This document shows positions 24,701 to 35,626 of a stretch of DNA of 45,319 bases, piece after piece. The stretch lies in the IMG/VR virus record IMGVR_UViG_3300011438_000006, positions 1-45,319 of that record. One strand, 5' to 3'. The notes under the pieces were generated by a model. It was not told the DNA's origin, searched no databases, and saw only the letters and a program-made list of their open reading frames with translations. Positions within the stretch are counted from its first letter, which is position 1. Every line of letters begins with the position of its first letter. Position numbers and translations under genes: made by a program. The stretch comes from a virus. Taxonomy: Duplodnaviria > Caudoviricetes.

Positions 24701-25965
24701 TGACTGGATTAATTATTGATACTGCATTAATAGCTCCCTCCAAATTAAGTGGAAAAAACGTAATTCTTAAAGCTGGTGGGCTAACAGAAATTATTGAATT
24801 CACTGATGAATTTACACGTCCTGATGCAGGAGATATTGGTGGTGTGTATGATGATAAATATTATAATGTTACTTGGATGTTAATGCCTGTAGGTGCAGTA
24901 GCAAGTCATTTTCAAATTGTAAATAATAGGTTAAGAACTCGTGGAGCATCCAATGTTATTGCCCATGAACCAAATGTTTTCTCTAGTAGAAAAGCTTTTG
25001 CTAGAATAACTAATAGAGAAAATTTAGCTGCGGGCAATAATCGTGCATGTCGTATAATGATTAATTGTGGTAGAGCAGGTGGTACATACTGTTCTTACTA
25101 CTACGGAGAATTTGGTAAATCAGGAGCCAATAATTTTGTTTCTATAGGTAAGAATTGGAATAATACTAATGTTCAATTTGCTACTACTGATATGGCAATA
25201 GCAGATGGAGATATAATTAGAGTTCGTCATAATGGTATTGGGGGAGTATTTTTAGATGTAAATGGAGCACAAGTATTATCTTATCAGGATAAAGTTTGGC
25301 TTAGAGCTTTAGGATTAGGTATCGGAGCCAGTGCAGCATCAGATTCTGATGGGTTAGACGTAGATGATTTTATAGCTGGTACATGGGGAACTATTCCTGT
25401 TCCATCTCCTTGGAATATGGCGGATTCCATTGATATAGATTCTCTAGCTGCTGGTCTATGGACTACTATAGGACCAAATATTCAAACTATTGGAGTAGTT
25501 GATGCTAAAGGTGGTGTTTATATATGTAATTCTGGTGGATTTAATGGTGGTTATCTGGCCTTAGGCGATTCTAGTTTATTAAATGCTAATTGCTTTATAG
25601 AAGCTACTCTCTCACCTGAATCAGCTGTTCATGATGCTGCGTTTATTTTAAGATTTGATGGAACTAATGGTTATTATGTAGGGCCTTGGCAAGAATCAGG
25701 AACTGATAGATGGTTTATTGCTAAATGGGGTGGGGCAGAATTAGCTTCATTTGCTGCTGTTTCTCCTAGTGATCCATTTAGATTTAGGTTTGAATGTAAT
25801 GGAACGACTCTCAATCTTTATCAAGTAGATTTAATTACCGGAGCACTTACTCTCAAAGTAACTACAACGGATTCTACATATTCTGCTGCGGGAACAGCTA
25901 GAATATATCAAGCAGGATTTGGTGCCACTAATCAAATACATGATATAATAGTAGGAAATTTATGA
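24700..25965 (+). CDS. virion fibre/receptor-binding protein with two lectin-like beta domains
   Basis: FTDEFTRPD...; G/N/T-rich beta content; AT-rich. Confidence 0.6.
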   Translation: MTGLIIDTALIAPSKLSGKNVILKAGGLTEIIEFTDEFTRPDAGDIGGVYDDKYYNVTWMLMPVGAVASHFQIVNNRLRTRGASNVIAHEPNVFSSRKAFARITNRENLAAGNNRACRIMINCGRAGGTYCSYYYGEFGKSGANNFVSIGKNWNNTNVQFATTDMAIADGDIIRVRHNGIGGVFLDVNGAQVLSYQDKVWLRALGLGIGASAASDSDGLDVDDFIAGTWGTIPVPSPWNMADSIDIDSLAAGLWTTIGPNIQTIGVVDAKGGVYICNSGGFNGGYLALGDSSLLNANCFIEATLSPESAVHDAAFILRFDGTNGYYVGPWQESGTDRWFIAKWGGAELASFAAVSPSDPFRFRFECNGTTLNLYQVDLITGALTLKVTTTDSTYSAAGTARIYQAGFGATNQIHDIIVGNL

Positions 25966-26459
25966 ATCAATCAGCAACATTCCATGTTCCTGGTCGTGAC
26001 AATTATATTATGATTGATGATATGATTGTAGAAAAAGGTGCTCATGCAGTTGTTGAGAGAATCAAGGATATTGATGATTCTCTTGAAGTACTGTGTGTTG
26101 ATCCTGATACATGTGGATTTTCTGAAGCGCCATTTGTTTTGGCTGAAGTTCGGCAAACACCAGATGGACTTAGAGCCTTTAAAATCTTTGAATTTTGGGA
26201 ACTAAATGATTCTGTGGTAGAACGGGTTCATTTAGCGGATTCCAAGAAGCATGATATTCTAGATATCATTGACAAAAATAACAAGAAAATTCGAGACGAT
26301 CTACGAAACGCTGAGCGGGATAGAACGGAATCCAAAAAGGATTTAGTAAAGCATATCATTGATAGCACTAAATCCTCTTATTCCTATACGGACACAGATC
26401 GTAAAGCAAAGATTACCATTTATGAAGATCGCCCTACAAAGGTGGAGCCTAGATGCTAG
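25962..26459 (+). CDS. hypothetical (head-completion region) protein
   Basis: 165-aa ORF coupled to neighbours. Confidence 0.7.
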   Translation: MNQSATFHVPGRDNYIMIDDMIVEKGAHAVVERIKDIDDSLEVLCVDPDTCGFSEAPFVLAEVRQTPDGLRAFKIFEFWELNDSVVERVHLADSKKHDILDIIDKNNKKIRDDLRNAERDRTESKKDLVKHIIDSTKSSYSYTDTDRKAKITIYEDRPTKVEPRC

Positions 26460-27106
26460 CATCCGATATAATTACACCTGCCCAACTTCTATTTGGTGAT
26501 ACAAATAAAGTTGTTGCAACTGATGCAGCTTGTCTAACATTTCTCAATGATGGCATGAGAGAGATTGCTAGACAAACTCTTTTATTCCAAGCAACGGTTA
26601 ACACTACAGGTGCTGCGGTAAGGCTCGGATATGATATGTCCGCTGTTCCAGATCTTATTGTAATCAACAGAGTTCTCTATAATAGTGAACCCCTAGCTTT
26701 GTTGACTGAGGAATCTATTGATAGACTTCTAATTGCGACAGTGCCTGATGGAATTCCTGTTGGATACTATACGTCCGGACAAAATCTCAAGTTCTATCCT
26801 CGCCCACTTTCAACTGATGCAACAATAGTTGTCATCACATATTCCAAATTGTTGACAGCAGCTTCCGCAGTAGGCTCAACAGTTTCAATGCCAGATAACT
26901 GGAGAACTGAACTGATTGATTTTGTAGTAAGTCGTTTGCATCAGCGTAATGAAAACTGGCGAGCAGCGGAATATTACGATAAGAAATTTGCAGCGTCTAT
27001 TGCAGATCGCAAATTTGAAGCGCAAACCCGAGACGATACCTTTATGCAAATTGCACCCGATATTATGGATCAGAATGATTCTATCTGGGACGGATATATC
27101 TCGTGA
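26453..27106 (+). CDS. head-tail adaptor (tail tubular protein A-like)
   Basis: FLNDGMREI, GIPVGYY, LKFYPRP, LIDFV..R...N pattern. Confidence 0.75.
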   Translation: MLASDIITPAQLLFGDTNKVVATDAACLTFLNDGMREIARQTLLFQATVNTTGAAVRLGYDMSAVPDLIVINRVLYNSEPLALLTEESIDRLLIATVPDGIPVGYYTSGQNLKFYPRPLSTDATIVVITYSKLLTAASAVGSTVSMPDNWRTELIDFVVSRLHQRNENWRAAEYYDKKFAASIADRKFEAQTRDDTFMQIAPDIMDQNDSIWDGYIS

Positions 27107-28734
27107 TTTATGGTGAGGAAAGTATTCCAATTCCTGTAGGGAGGGGCATAGATTCTTATAACCATCCTGTTAATTTGGAGGATGGTTTCTGCCCTACCGT
27201 TACAAATTTCATCGCTAAGGGTGATCGTCTTGTGACAAGAAGAGGATTTATTCCTCCCCTTAACATTGATACAAGATCGACTTATCCAACTACCGGGCAT
27301 GATGTTTGGTATACTAGATTGCCCGATGTAACACAAGAAACTTGGCCTGTTGCAATTTGGAGCGTAGGTGCGGATACATGGATGATCCGTCAATTTGATA
27401 GAGATACTCCTGGTGCAACTACGGGTGACAATGCTATTGTAAAGTTTGCAGCTATCCAACATTTTCGTGGTGCTGTGGCGTACTTGGATAAAATCTATAT
27501 TCTGGATGATTCCGGTTTGAAGTCAGATACAGGTTGGAACTGGAGTGCAGGAACTGTAACAGAAACTCTGATTACTGCGGACCTAGCTACTAAAAGAGGT
27601 TTGTTTGTTTTCAAGGATAGGATGTGGTGTTGGGATGATACGAAGATTTACTACACAGACGCACCAACATCGCCAGGTGCATATCCCGAAACGTGGGACG
27701 TTAACGGAAAATTTATCCATATTGGAGCCGGAACAGGACTTGGAAAGATTCATTCAATTATTCCTATTGGAACGAAACTCTTTGTATTTACCAACACAGG
27801 TTTCTACAATATCTCAATCCTAGGATCGCCTGCAAACTGGGTTGTTCGATTGATTGATGCTACAGTAGCAGTTAATCATCAAAGTTGTGCATATGAAAAT
27901 AAAGGTCTCATTTATTTTGTAGATACTCGTGGAGTATGGGTTACAAATCAAGATGAAGTCAAACTCATCTCTGAACCTATCCAAGATAATTTTGATATTG
28001 GTATATTGCAAGAACTCTACTACGAATGGAAACTTGTTCCTTTTGATGATGGAATCTTAATATGTAAAACAAAGACAGCATTAGATGGAGCATTCCCGGG
28101 GGGCACTCAAAAAACAACAACTGAAGCTAGAATTTTCTATACTAAACTAGATAATATTTTCTGGACAGAGTTTACTTTTGCTCAATCAGGTACACAACCT
28201 GCCGATATTATCGCTGGCTTCTCCAATATGGAAATGGCACATATTTGGGGCAAAGCTAACTATATTGTCTTAGCCCACGGTCAAGCAGTTGATCCTACCT
28301 TTGGAACTATCACAGTAGAGTGTTTAGTATATTCTGGCTATCAGGATACGTTGACTAAATTAGCAACAGCTGCTGAAACTGACGCAGTTATTGCTTATTA
28401 TTTGTCAAAAACTGTTCGTGGAAAGATGCTTGATGAGAAACGATCTCTCTTAGGTTATATTAATTTCTCTGCCCCTTCCAATGCCAATGGACAAGCCGTA
28501 AATATCTATTATAATTGGTTAACAGAGTCAGATACATCAAGAAATCCCGATACTATTGTTGCAGCTGTAGTTGATTGGCATGAAGGCTTAATTAGAATTA
28601 ATGGACCAGAAGTCTTTCGTAACGTGAGATTTGAGATGAGAATTACTCTTTCAAATGCAATTCAGGAATATACCATTCTAGGCTCGGCGATTGATGTTCA
28701 ATCACATAGGAAGACTGGTCGAGAAATTTCGTGA
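27103..28734 (+). CDS. tail nozzle (tail tubular protein B/P22 gp10-like beta-propeller)
   Basis: NF...GDRLVTRRG, FKDRMW, IYYTD, LFVFT, IYFVDTRGVW, ISEPI. Confidence 0.75.
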   Translation: MIYGEESIPIPVGRGIDSYNHPVNLEDGFCPTVTNFIAKGDRLVTRRGFIPPLNIDTRSTYPTTGHDVWYTRLPDVTQETWPVAIWSVGADTWMIRQFDRDTPGATTGDNAIVKFAAIQHFRGAVAYLDKIYILDDSGLKSDTGWNWSAGTVTETLITADLATKRGLFVFKDRMWCWDDTKIYYTDAPTSPGAYPETWDVNGKFIHIGAGTGLGKIHSIIPIGTKLFVFTNTGFYNISILGSPANWVVRLIDATVAVNHQSCAYENKGLIYFVDTRGVWVTNQDEVKLISEPIQDNFDIGILQELYYEWKLVPFDDGILICKTKTALDGAFPGGTQKTTTEARIFYTKLDNIFWTEFTFAQSGTQPADIIAGFSNMEMAHIWGKANYIVLAHGQAVDPTFGTITVECLVYSGYQDTLTKLATAAETDAVIAYYLSKTVRGKMLDEKRSLLGYINFSAPSNANGQAVNIYYNWLTESDTSRNPDTIVAAVVDWHEGLIRINGPEVFRNVRFEMRITLSNAIQEYTILGSAIDVQSHRKTGREIS

Positions 28735-29507
28735 ATGTAAGAGAACTATTTAAACTGGGGTTAACTATCCCAGAGCATGAGACAAGAGATCTTCACTATA
28801 TCGGTGAAGCATTGCCTGTACCCTCCTTAATTACAACTTCTATTTCTATTGAAGCAAATGCAAATACAGGTTCATCTCCAGTTACTGCTAGGGAAGATCA
28901 TCAGCACGCAGTAGATGTTGACTCATTGATTCAATTCATTAATGAAAACGAAGAGCTGGTTGATCTCACGAATTACTACACTAAAACAGAAGTAGACGAT
29001 TTAATTGCTGAAATTATTGTTGGTGAAATTGGAGATATTTATTATACAAAGACTGAAATAGATGATTTTCTAACTGCAATAGCTATAGTAACATCTGACC
29101 TACAGGATCAAATTGATGATCTACAAGCTCAAATTTTAGCAATTCCCTCCAACGTAAGGACATTTGAAAAAGAATGGTCTTATGGAACAACCGTAACTCC
29201 AAGTGGAACTGTTACTCTTGGAAGGTATGATAATTTCCGAGAATTTGATCTAGTGGAAATCTCAGTATCTCTAGTTTTAGCTTCTTCCACTGACTATGTT
29301 ATTAAAGTATGGCGAGGCTCTTCTCCAGGTTATGTGTACTCTGTAATTAATACTACAACTATCTCAGCGGGAGATACAACTGAGAATGATGTTTTAGGTA
29401 CTCCTATCAATTTTGTTGCAAGTGATAGAATTTTAGTTACAATTGATAGTGAACCTGATGGAGATGGTGAGATTCTAACTGTCTCTCTTAGAGGTAATTA
29501 TGTCTGA
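28731..29507 (+). CDS. tail fibre protein
   Basis: AREDHQH motif; two YYTKTE(V/I)DD repeats; coiled coil; C-terminal beta domain. Confidence 0.65.
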   Translation: MNVRELFKLGLTIPEHETRDLHYIGEALPVPSLITTSISIEANANTGSSPVTAREDHQHAVDVDSLIQFINENEELVDLTNYYTKTEVDDLIAEIIVGEIGDIYYTKTEIDDFLTAIAIVTSDLQDQIDDLQAQILAIPSNVRTFEKEWSYGTTVTPSGTVTLGRYDNFREFDLVEISVSLVLASSTDYVIKVWRGSSPGYVYSVINTTTISAGDTTENDVLGTPINFVASDRILVTIDSEPDGDGEILTVSLRGNYV

Positions 29508-30129
29508 TATTTGGCGTGGTATGGGTATGATATTTAGAGAAACATGTATTTTCAATTTTAGCCAGTATGATTTTGTATCTGAATTTACAGATAATTTTAA
29601 TAGAACTAATAATACAAATTTAGGTTCTGACTGGTCAGAGGCCGAATTACATGCAGAGAATTTAAGTATAGATAATAATCAACTTTTAGATAGAGCTATT
29701 ATAACTGGAGGTGGTACTGCTCGCTATACGACTGCACTTACAGGATATAATTCTTATACCAAATGTGAAGTTATTTCATTAGATCCAAGTGGGTTTGGAA
29801 CAATATCTATGTTTCTGCGGCAGTCTGCCCCTTTAGATTATGATACGCCAGGTTCTTTATTAGGTGGCTGGTCTTATACTCAAGGATTTTTTATTCAAAG
29901 AACCGAAAGTGGGAATTTTTGGGAAGTAGCGTCTGCTCATGCTGCACCAATTATAGGAGACGAAATTTTATTTATAGCTGTTGGTAAATGTTATAGCATT
30001 TGGTATAATAGTACTCTTGTAGTATCAGCAACTGATGCGTATCCTATAAATATAACAGATACATATACTGGCTTAAGGTTAGATGGTGTCACAAGAATAG
30101 ACAATTATGAAACAGGAATAGTTTTATGA
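29500..30129 (+). CDS. lectin-like tail tip/receptor-binding protein
   Basis: FTDNFNRTN..LG..W; resembles domain 1 of 24700-25965. Confidence 0.6.
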   Translation: MSDIWRGMGMIFRETCIFNFSQYDFVSEFTDNFNRTNNTNLGSDWSEAELHAENLSIDNNQLLDRAIITGGGTARYTTALTGYNSYTKCEVISLDPSGFGTISMFLRQSAPLDYDTPGSLLGGWSYTQGFFIQRTESGNFWEVASAHAAPIIGDEILFIAVGKCYSIWYNSTLVVSATDAYPINITDTYTGLRLDGVTRIDNYETGIVL

Positions 30130-30317
30130 GTATGGATAAAATTATGCGAAGGCTTATTCGTCCTGTTGACGCACGGGGTAAAGTCGGTATATATTCTAGG
30201 GGTATGGGAATTCAATCTAGTCCTAGAACTGGTGGCCCTACTCCACTTAAAGGTAGAGAACTTCAAATGGCAGCTAGACAAAGGTTGACTCAACGTGGCA
30301 CTTCCAGAACTAACTAG
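30126..30317 (+). CDS. small basic protein
   Basis: 63 aa, R/G-rich, ATGA overlap. Confidence 0.55.
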   Translation: MSMDKIMRRLIRPVDARGKVGIYSRGMGIQSSPRTGGPTPLKGRELQMAARQRLTQRGTSRTN

Positions 30318-30633
30318 TCTTCTTGATGCTCTTGGGCAGGGAACTGCTCAGGCTGATTATCAAGCAAACAGAGTACGTACCGATCATGCTTCTAAATTGC
30401 GACAGATCGCTGCACAGGGACTTCAACAAAGAAGAAGTCTTTCAGATGCGCTTGCAAGTTCTGGCATGGTTCATTCTGGTGTTAATTTTGATCTACAAAA
30501 TCAAATTAATGCTGGACAAGATGCATCTCAAGCATCAGCAAATCAAATGACTACAGATCGTTTAGCTAATATTGCTCGTCAAAAAATTCAAGAGAATCTT
30601 GGATTCTCAATTAACAGCTTGCTACCGGGGTAA
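30295..30633 (+). CDS. internal virion (ejection) protein, small
   Basis: A/Q-rich helical; LASSGMVHSG motif. Confidence 0.65.
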   Translation: MALPELTSLLDALGQGTAQADYQANRVRTDHASKLRQIAAQGLQQRRSLSDALASSGMVHSGVNFDLQNQINAGQDASQASANQMTTDRLANIARQKIQENLGFSINSLLPG

Positions 30634-30635
30634 TC

Positions 30636-32045
30636 ATGTCAACTCTTGAAGAGTATTTAAGACAGCTTTATCAAAAGAATGCACAAAATGCATCTCCAGC
30701 TTTGCAATCGGGGATGATGGCTGATGCGGCTAAGCAAGCTGCACTAGATGCTGCATATAGACCTAGACTTCCTAATAATAGACGACTTCATCCTACAGGA
30801 ACATCTAGTCATATGCCTCCTGGCGGTTATCCTAAACCACCAGATTTGCATGATTCATTTCATACAAATGCACGTGGTGGTGGACTTTCAATGAGAGATG
30901 CATCTAATAATCAGTTGCAAACATATTTAGATTTCTTAAAGGATAGGCATCAAACAGCTGTTGATGACGGTTCTCTTGCTCAGGCACAAAGCCAGATTCA
31001 GACTGCCAATACTCCTGACCCTCTTACTGATATTGAATCTAGAATTGCCGCACTTGCAGGAAAACCGGATATTCCGGGTCATTGGGAGTCTCCCTACTCC
31101 CAGGACTATCTCAATCAATTGGGAGATAGACTAGGGCAGGCTGGCGGTGCTGCACAACAAGCTTTTGGTGAAGCTAAGAATCAAATTGCTGCCGATTATC
31201 AAGGTGGTATTGACCAACGCAATAAGATTCAAGGTGGATTGACTGCTGCTCTACAAGGCAATGGTCAGAATATCGGCGTCGATTATGCCAAGTCTTTGGG
31301 TGGTCAACAGGCTGGACAGGATATGGCTTATCTGTCGCAGATTGCAGAAACCAATAAGGCTAGCGATCTTGCAACAAACGATAAGCTTGGAGTAATTGCA
31401 AATCAAACTGGTTCTAATCTTGGGATGCAGGCTAGAGAAGGTTTGTTAACTCCTAAAGAATGGATCAATGCGCAATCAGGTCTTTCAGGTGGAGACAGCT
31501 TGATGGCTGATTTCCTCATGAATAAGTACAATCAAACAGTTGATAGTCAGCAAGCCGATAGAGCAGCTACTGCGTCTGGTGCAAGCCTCGCAGATTTTGC
31601 AAAAACTCTGACTGGAACTGCTGATGAGAATATCAAGCAAAATTACCCAGATGTTGTCCAGGGTCTTTCCGGTATTACCGATCAAAAGACACTGGATGAA
31701 GCTAATCGAATTTGGAATATTACTGGTGATCCTGCTGAAGCTGTTAAGTATCTAGAAACAACTTGGAAAACTTCCGAACACCCTAATCTTTCAAAGATGC
31801 TAACTAAGCCTACTAGGGGTCGTCCTGGTGGAAGCACAAGTCAATCTGCTAATCAGTATGCACTAGATCAATATCATAAGAGTATGGCTGATTATACAGC
31901 TAATTCTGGTGGTCAGGCAGAACAACAGGCTATGTTTCAGTATTTGTTGAACTTCTTCAACCAGTATAATCCCAATCGTACTCCTGTTATTACAGGTAGA
32001 ACGACCTCTAATTCTTCTTCGGATAAATTTACTCAAAAGTCATGA
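30636..32045 (+). CDS. internal virion (ejection) protein, medium
   Basis: 469 aa, A/Q/G-rich; podovirus gene order. Confidence 0.65.
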   Translation: MSTLEEYLRQLYQKNAQNASPALQSGMMADAAKQAALDAAYRPRLPNNRRLHPTGTSSHMPPGGYPKPPDLHDSFHTNARGGGLSMRDASNNQLQTYLDFLKDRHQTAVDDGSLAQAQSQIQTANTPDPLTDIESRIAALAGKPDIPGHWESPYSQDYLNQLGDRLGQAGGAAQQAFGEAKNQIAADYQGGIDQRNKIQGGLTAALQGNGQNIGVDYAKSLGGQQAGQDMAYLSQIAETNKASDLATNDKLGVIANQTGSNLGMQAREGLLTPKEWINAQSGLSGGDSLMADFLMNKYNQTVDSQQADRAATASGASLADFAKTLTGTADENIKQNYPDVVQGLSGITDQKTLDEANRIWNITGDPAEAVKYLETTWKTSEHPNLSKMLTKPTRGRPGGSTSQSANQYALDQYHKSMADYTANSGGQAEQQAMFQYLLNFFNQYNPNRTPVITGRTTSNSSSDKFTQKS

Positions 32046-35000
32046 CAGATACTGCCGGACGTTTTGTTCAGGAATTTAATCAGAGACTAGGACAATATAC
32101 AAGGAACCCGGCTGTCCGTACACCAGAGCAAGCTATGGTGTTAAATCTTAGTGCCAGATTACTAAACGATAGGCAGAGAGAAAAAGCCGCTCAAGAGATG
32201 GAGCGACAAGATCACGCAGCTAAATTGTTAGATGCTCGTCGTAGAGAGATGCAATCTGGCAATCAAGGTTTTGGTGCAACATCTGGTGAAGAACCTAAGT
32301 TTGGTGCACTTTCTCAGGACACTGCTGATCTTCTAACTGATAAGCGTAATACTGGGTTCATGGCGAAGATTGATATTCCTAGTTGGGTTCCGGGAAATGA
32401 CACAATTAGTGATGTTCTGCGGCCTACTATTGGTGCCGCCAAAACACCTACTCTATGGCTTCTGGATAAAATCTCTCGTCCTTCTTACGCTCTTAACAAT
32501 ACTCTGAAAGAAGCCCTTGAAGATATAAATGCAGGTGACCCAGGAATTGAAAAATTCGGAGAAGCTGCTAAAGGTGCTCCTGGTGCTTTCTGGAAAGGTC
32601 TTTCAGGAGAAGAAAAGCCGGGTTATGGTGATGTCATAGAACAACTAGCTTCTATGGATCAAGCTCCTGGTATTCCTTTCTCTGGCTTGAATGATATTAG
32701 AGCGGTATCTCAAGGTACTAGATTTGAAAAGCCCACCGAACTATACGTGGATAATGCAAAACGGGGCGCAGGATTTGGTGGAGAAATTGCTGCTGATCCA
32801 ACTAATATCGTTGGTGGTAAGATATTCACAGCTGTAGGGGATTCGGTAAGATCGGGCACTAATGCAGATGATGCTTATAAGGCACTAGTTGGAAAAACTG
32901 TTGATGATGCAATTGATTCAAGAGGTTTGACAAAACCATTCAATGTTAAGAGAGCTACATCAAGACCTAATCCAAATGGTCCTGGTAAGATTTCTCCTAC
33001 TCTCCCTGTAGGTAGAACTGCTTTGCATGATGCAGCACAGAGAGGATTAGAGAATTCTACTATAAGAATTGGTGGAGGTGCTGCTGCCGGTAGAACTATT
33101 GGCGCTCAGACAGGTGCCTATGTTATAGCTGATAATGTATCTAATGAGATGCGTACATTCATGTTCAAAAATCTCGACAATATTCATAAAACATTTGATG
33201 ACATTCTGTCTAGTAGCAAGACACTAACAAAAGCTGAAATTGCTAAACTAAGAAAAGATAAATATGTTGCAGAATATCTAGATGAATTAGTAAGACTTAC
33301 TAGACGAGCTAATCCAGCGCAAACTATAGCGGATGTTGAGAAAGTTCTGCTTCATTATGCTCCGAAGACTAAAGACGATATTCTTCGTATGTCTAGTCAA
33401 GCAGCAGAACATGCTAAGTCGCAGCTAGATAATACTATCGCCGGTGTTCGCAAAGAAATTTTTGAAAAGCTGAACAAGCAAGTTCAAAATATTCCAGGAA
33501 TTCACATCGGTAGTAGAGAAATTCCATTTACTAGACTTGGTAAGGCATATCATGCCGCCAAATATAAGTGGGGTTCGCCTCTAGAGGGGATTCAATTCAG
33601 CGAGCAATTTCCTTCTGTTACACCTCAAATTGCTCAAGCTGTTAAATCTACTGGACAGGAAGCATACGAAGCATTCCATGCTTCTGTTCAGGATATCGTT
33701 AAGAGTTTGAAGCTAACTAAGGAAGAAAGAAAAGGCTTCAATCAAAGAATCCTTACTAATACCAATGCACCTACTGCTCGCCTACAGGCTGCACAAGATT
33801 TCCTCAAGCGTGCATATAGAGAAATGTGGCAAGATGAAGTAGAAGCAGGCATTCGTTCAGCAGATGATATAATGCCTAGTAATTACGTGTATAACTATTA
33901 CAAGCCAAAACTTGTAAAGGGGTACATGGAGGATATTAAGAACTACAAGAGCGCCGTTAAGAACAGTGTAAGTGGTTCTAAGTCTCTCTCGGCGAACCAC
34001 ATTAGAGCGGCTCAAGCTCAGGGACTTAAAGTCGAACAAGATGCTTTCCGATCTTTGCTTTATAGAAAGTTAAAATCAAACAGAAAGCTAACTCAAGCTT
34101 GGTTCAAAGGAAGTTTGCTAGACAACTATGGTATCAAAGCCAATAAGATGTCTAAAACACTTCAACTTAAGAACCGACTTACTAAAGTTAGTAGTAAACT
34201 CGAAACTAGGCTTCAGAAAGAACTAGGTCCTGGTGATGACTGGTATCTTCCAAACGATATCGCTAATGTATTTGACAAGTATATTGGTTTAACTGGTGCG
34301 AATGCGACCAAGGAGATGGGCGCATTTATTACTATGGTGGATACAGTTACTAGATGGTTTAAGCAAGCTGCTACTATCTACTACCCAGGTTTCCACATTC
34401 GTAACTCAATGGGTGATATGTTTATGTCATTCATTGATGGTGTGCGAGCATCGGATTATGTTAATCTCAGAAGATTGATTAACAAGGTTAGAGGCAATCC
34501 GAATGCTACTGAGAAAATTGGCGGTATTGATTTCGCTTGGGCTGATCTGAAGAAAATCTTTGAAGAGAATGTCTCTACTGGTGGTTTCAAAAGATCAGAT
34601 TTCGATACTCCTGCTATTACTACAAAAGCAGAAGCTGCTCAGAAATTTGATCCACGCAGAGGTTCTAACCTGATTAGAGAACAATCAGAAAGACGAGAGG
34701 ATTTCTTTAGATTCACTCACTTCCTTCATGCATTTAAGGAAGAACTTCCTACTGCTTTGAAGAGAACTGGTAGTCAAGAAGCTGCTATCCAAGCCGCAAC
34801 TAGAGCATCTGCCTACAGGGTTAACAAGTATCTCTTTGATTATGGAGCTTCGACTCTATTCGAAAAGAAATATCTTAAGCGGCTCTTTCCCTTCTACACT
34901 TATACTCGTAAGGCAATGCCAGCTCTTGCAGAGGGAATGTTCTTGCATCCCAGTCAGTTTGCAAAAACTAATCGCTTCTTCTTGGACGATGACAACGGCG

Positions 35001-35626
35001 ACTACGCTGATATGCTCACCCCAGAGTACCAAAGAGAGATTGGTTATCGTAAACTCGCTGGGGGTGAAAACCCGTGGTTGCTTGGCGGTCAATTCCTACC
35101 TACTGACGTTCTAAATAGAAATACAAATGTACTTAATGTTCCGGATTGGGCTAGAAATGTCATGGCACAAACAAACCCATTTGCAAAGGCCCTTCCAGAA
35201 ATGGCCGCAGATCAGAAATTCTTCAATCAGAAACCAATCCAAGGGCCGACCGATTATTTCACCGATTCTTTCCTTCCGTTTGTGCATCCGGCGGAGGATC
35301 TAATTAATGCTGGAAAGTCCATGCCCGGTATTCCTGGAAGCGGGGATAAAAGGAAACTCCTGTCGGGACGATTTGGTTTGGGTTTGCCAATTACTCAGAT
35401 AACAAATAATCAGCAGACTGCTGCCCTGTACGGACTCAAGGATAAGTATGAGAACGAACTTGGTAAATTGAATCCAGGACTGGAAGCTAACGGTTATCGT
35501 ATCTATGGTAGCTACAGGAAAGATGGTGCATCGTTCAGAATTCGTAACGAGAGTACAGGCGACATTGTTATGGATACCAAGGACGTTGAAAAGATCATTG
35601 CTCGGGCAAAGGAACTATCGAAATAG
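32042..35626 (+). CDS. large internal virion (ejection) protein
   Basis: 1194 aa; ADPTN, PGFHIRN..GD, LFDYG...FEKKYLKRLFPFYTY motifs typical of large polyvalent/ejection proteins. Confidence 0.75.
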   Translation: MTDTAGRFVQEFNQRLGQYTRNPAVRTPEQAMVLNLSARLLNDRQREKAAQEMERQDHAAKLLDARRREMQSGNQGFGATSGEEPKFGALSQDTADLLTDKRNTGFMAKIDIPSWVPGNDTISDVLRPTIGAAKTPTLWLLDKISRPSYALNNTLKEALEDINAGDPGIEKFGEAAKGAPGAFWKGLSGEEKPGYGDVIEQLASMDQAPGIPFSGLNDIRAVSQGTRFEKPTELYVDNAKRGAGFGGEIAADPTNIVGGKIFTAVGDSVRSGTNADDAYKALVGKTVDDAIDSRGLTKPFNVKRATSRPNPNGPGKISPTLPVGRTALHDAAQRGLENSTIRIGGGAAAGRTIGAQTGAYVIADNVSNEMRTFMFKNLDNIHKTFDDILSSSKTLTKAEIAKLRKDKYVAEYLDELVRLTRRANPAQTIADVEKVLLHYAPKTKDDILRMSSQAAEHAKSQLDNTIAGVRKEIFEKLNKQVQNIPGIHIGSREIPFTRLGKAYHAAKYKWGSPLEGIQFSEQFPSVTPQIAQAVKSTGQEAYEAFHASVQDIVKSLKLTKEERKGFNQRILTNTNAPTARLQAAQDFLKRAYREMWQDEVEAGIRSADDIMPSNYVYNYYKPKLVKGYMEDIKNYKSAVKNSVSGSKSLSANHIRAAQAQGLKVEQDAFRSLLYRKLKSNRKLTQAWFKGSLLDNYGIKANKMSKTLQLKNRLTKVSSKLETRLQKELGPGDDWYLPNDIANVFDKYIGLTGANATKEMGAFITMVDTVTRWFKQAATIYYPGFHIRNSMGDMFMSFIDGVRASDYVNLRRLINKVRGNPNATEKIGGIDFAWADLKKIFEENVSTGGFKRSDFDTPAITTKAEAAQKFDPRRGSNLIREQSERREDFFRFTHFLHAFKEELPTALKRTGSQEAAIQAATRASAYRVNKYLFDYGASTLFEKKYLKRLFPFYTYTRKAMPALAEGMFLHPSQFAKTNRFFLDDDNGDYADMLTPEYQREIGYRKLAGGENPWLLGGQFLPTDVLNRNTNVLNVPDWARNVMAQTNPFAKALPEMAADQKFFNQKPIQGPTDYFTDSFLPFVHPAEDLINAGKSMPGIPGSGDKRKLLSGRFGLGLPITQITNNQQTAALYGLKDKYENELGKLNPGLEANGYRIYGSYRKDGASFRIRNESTGDIVMDTKDVEKIIARAKELSK

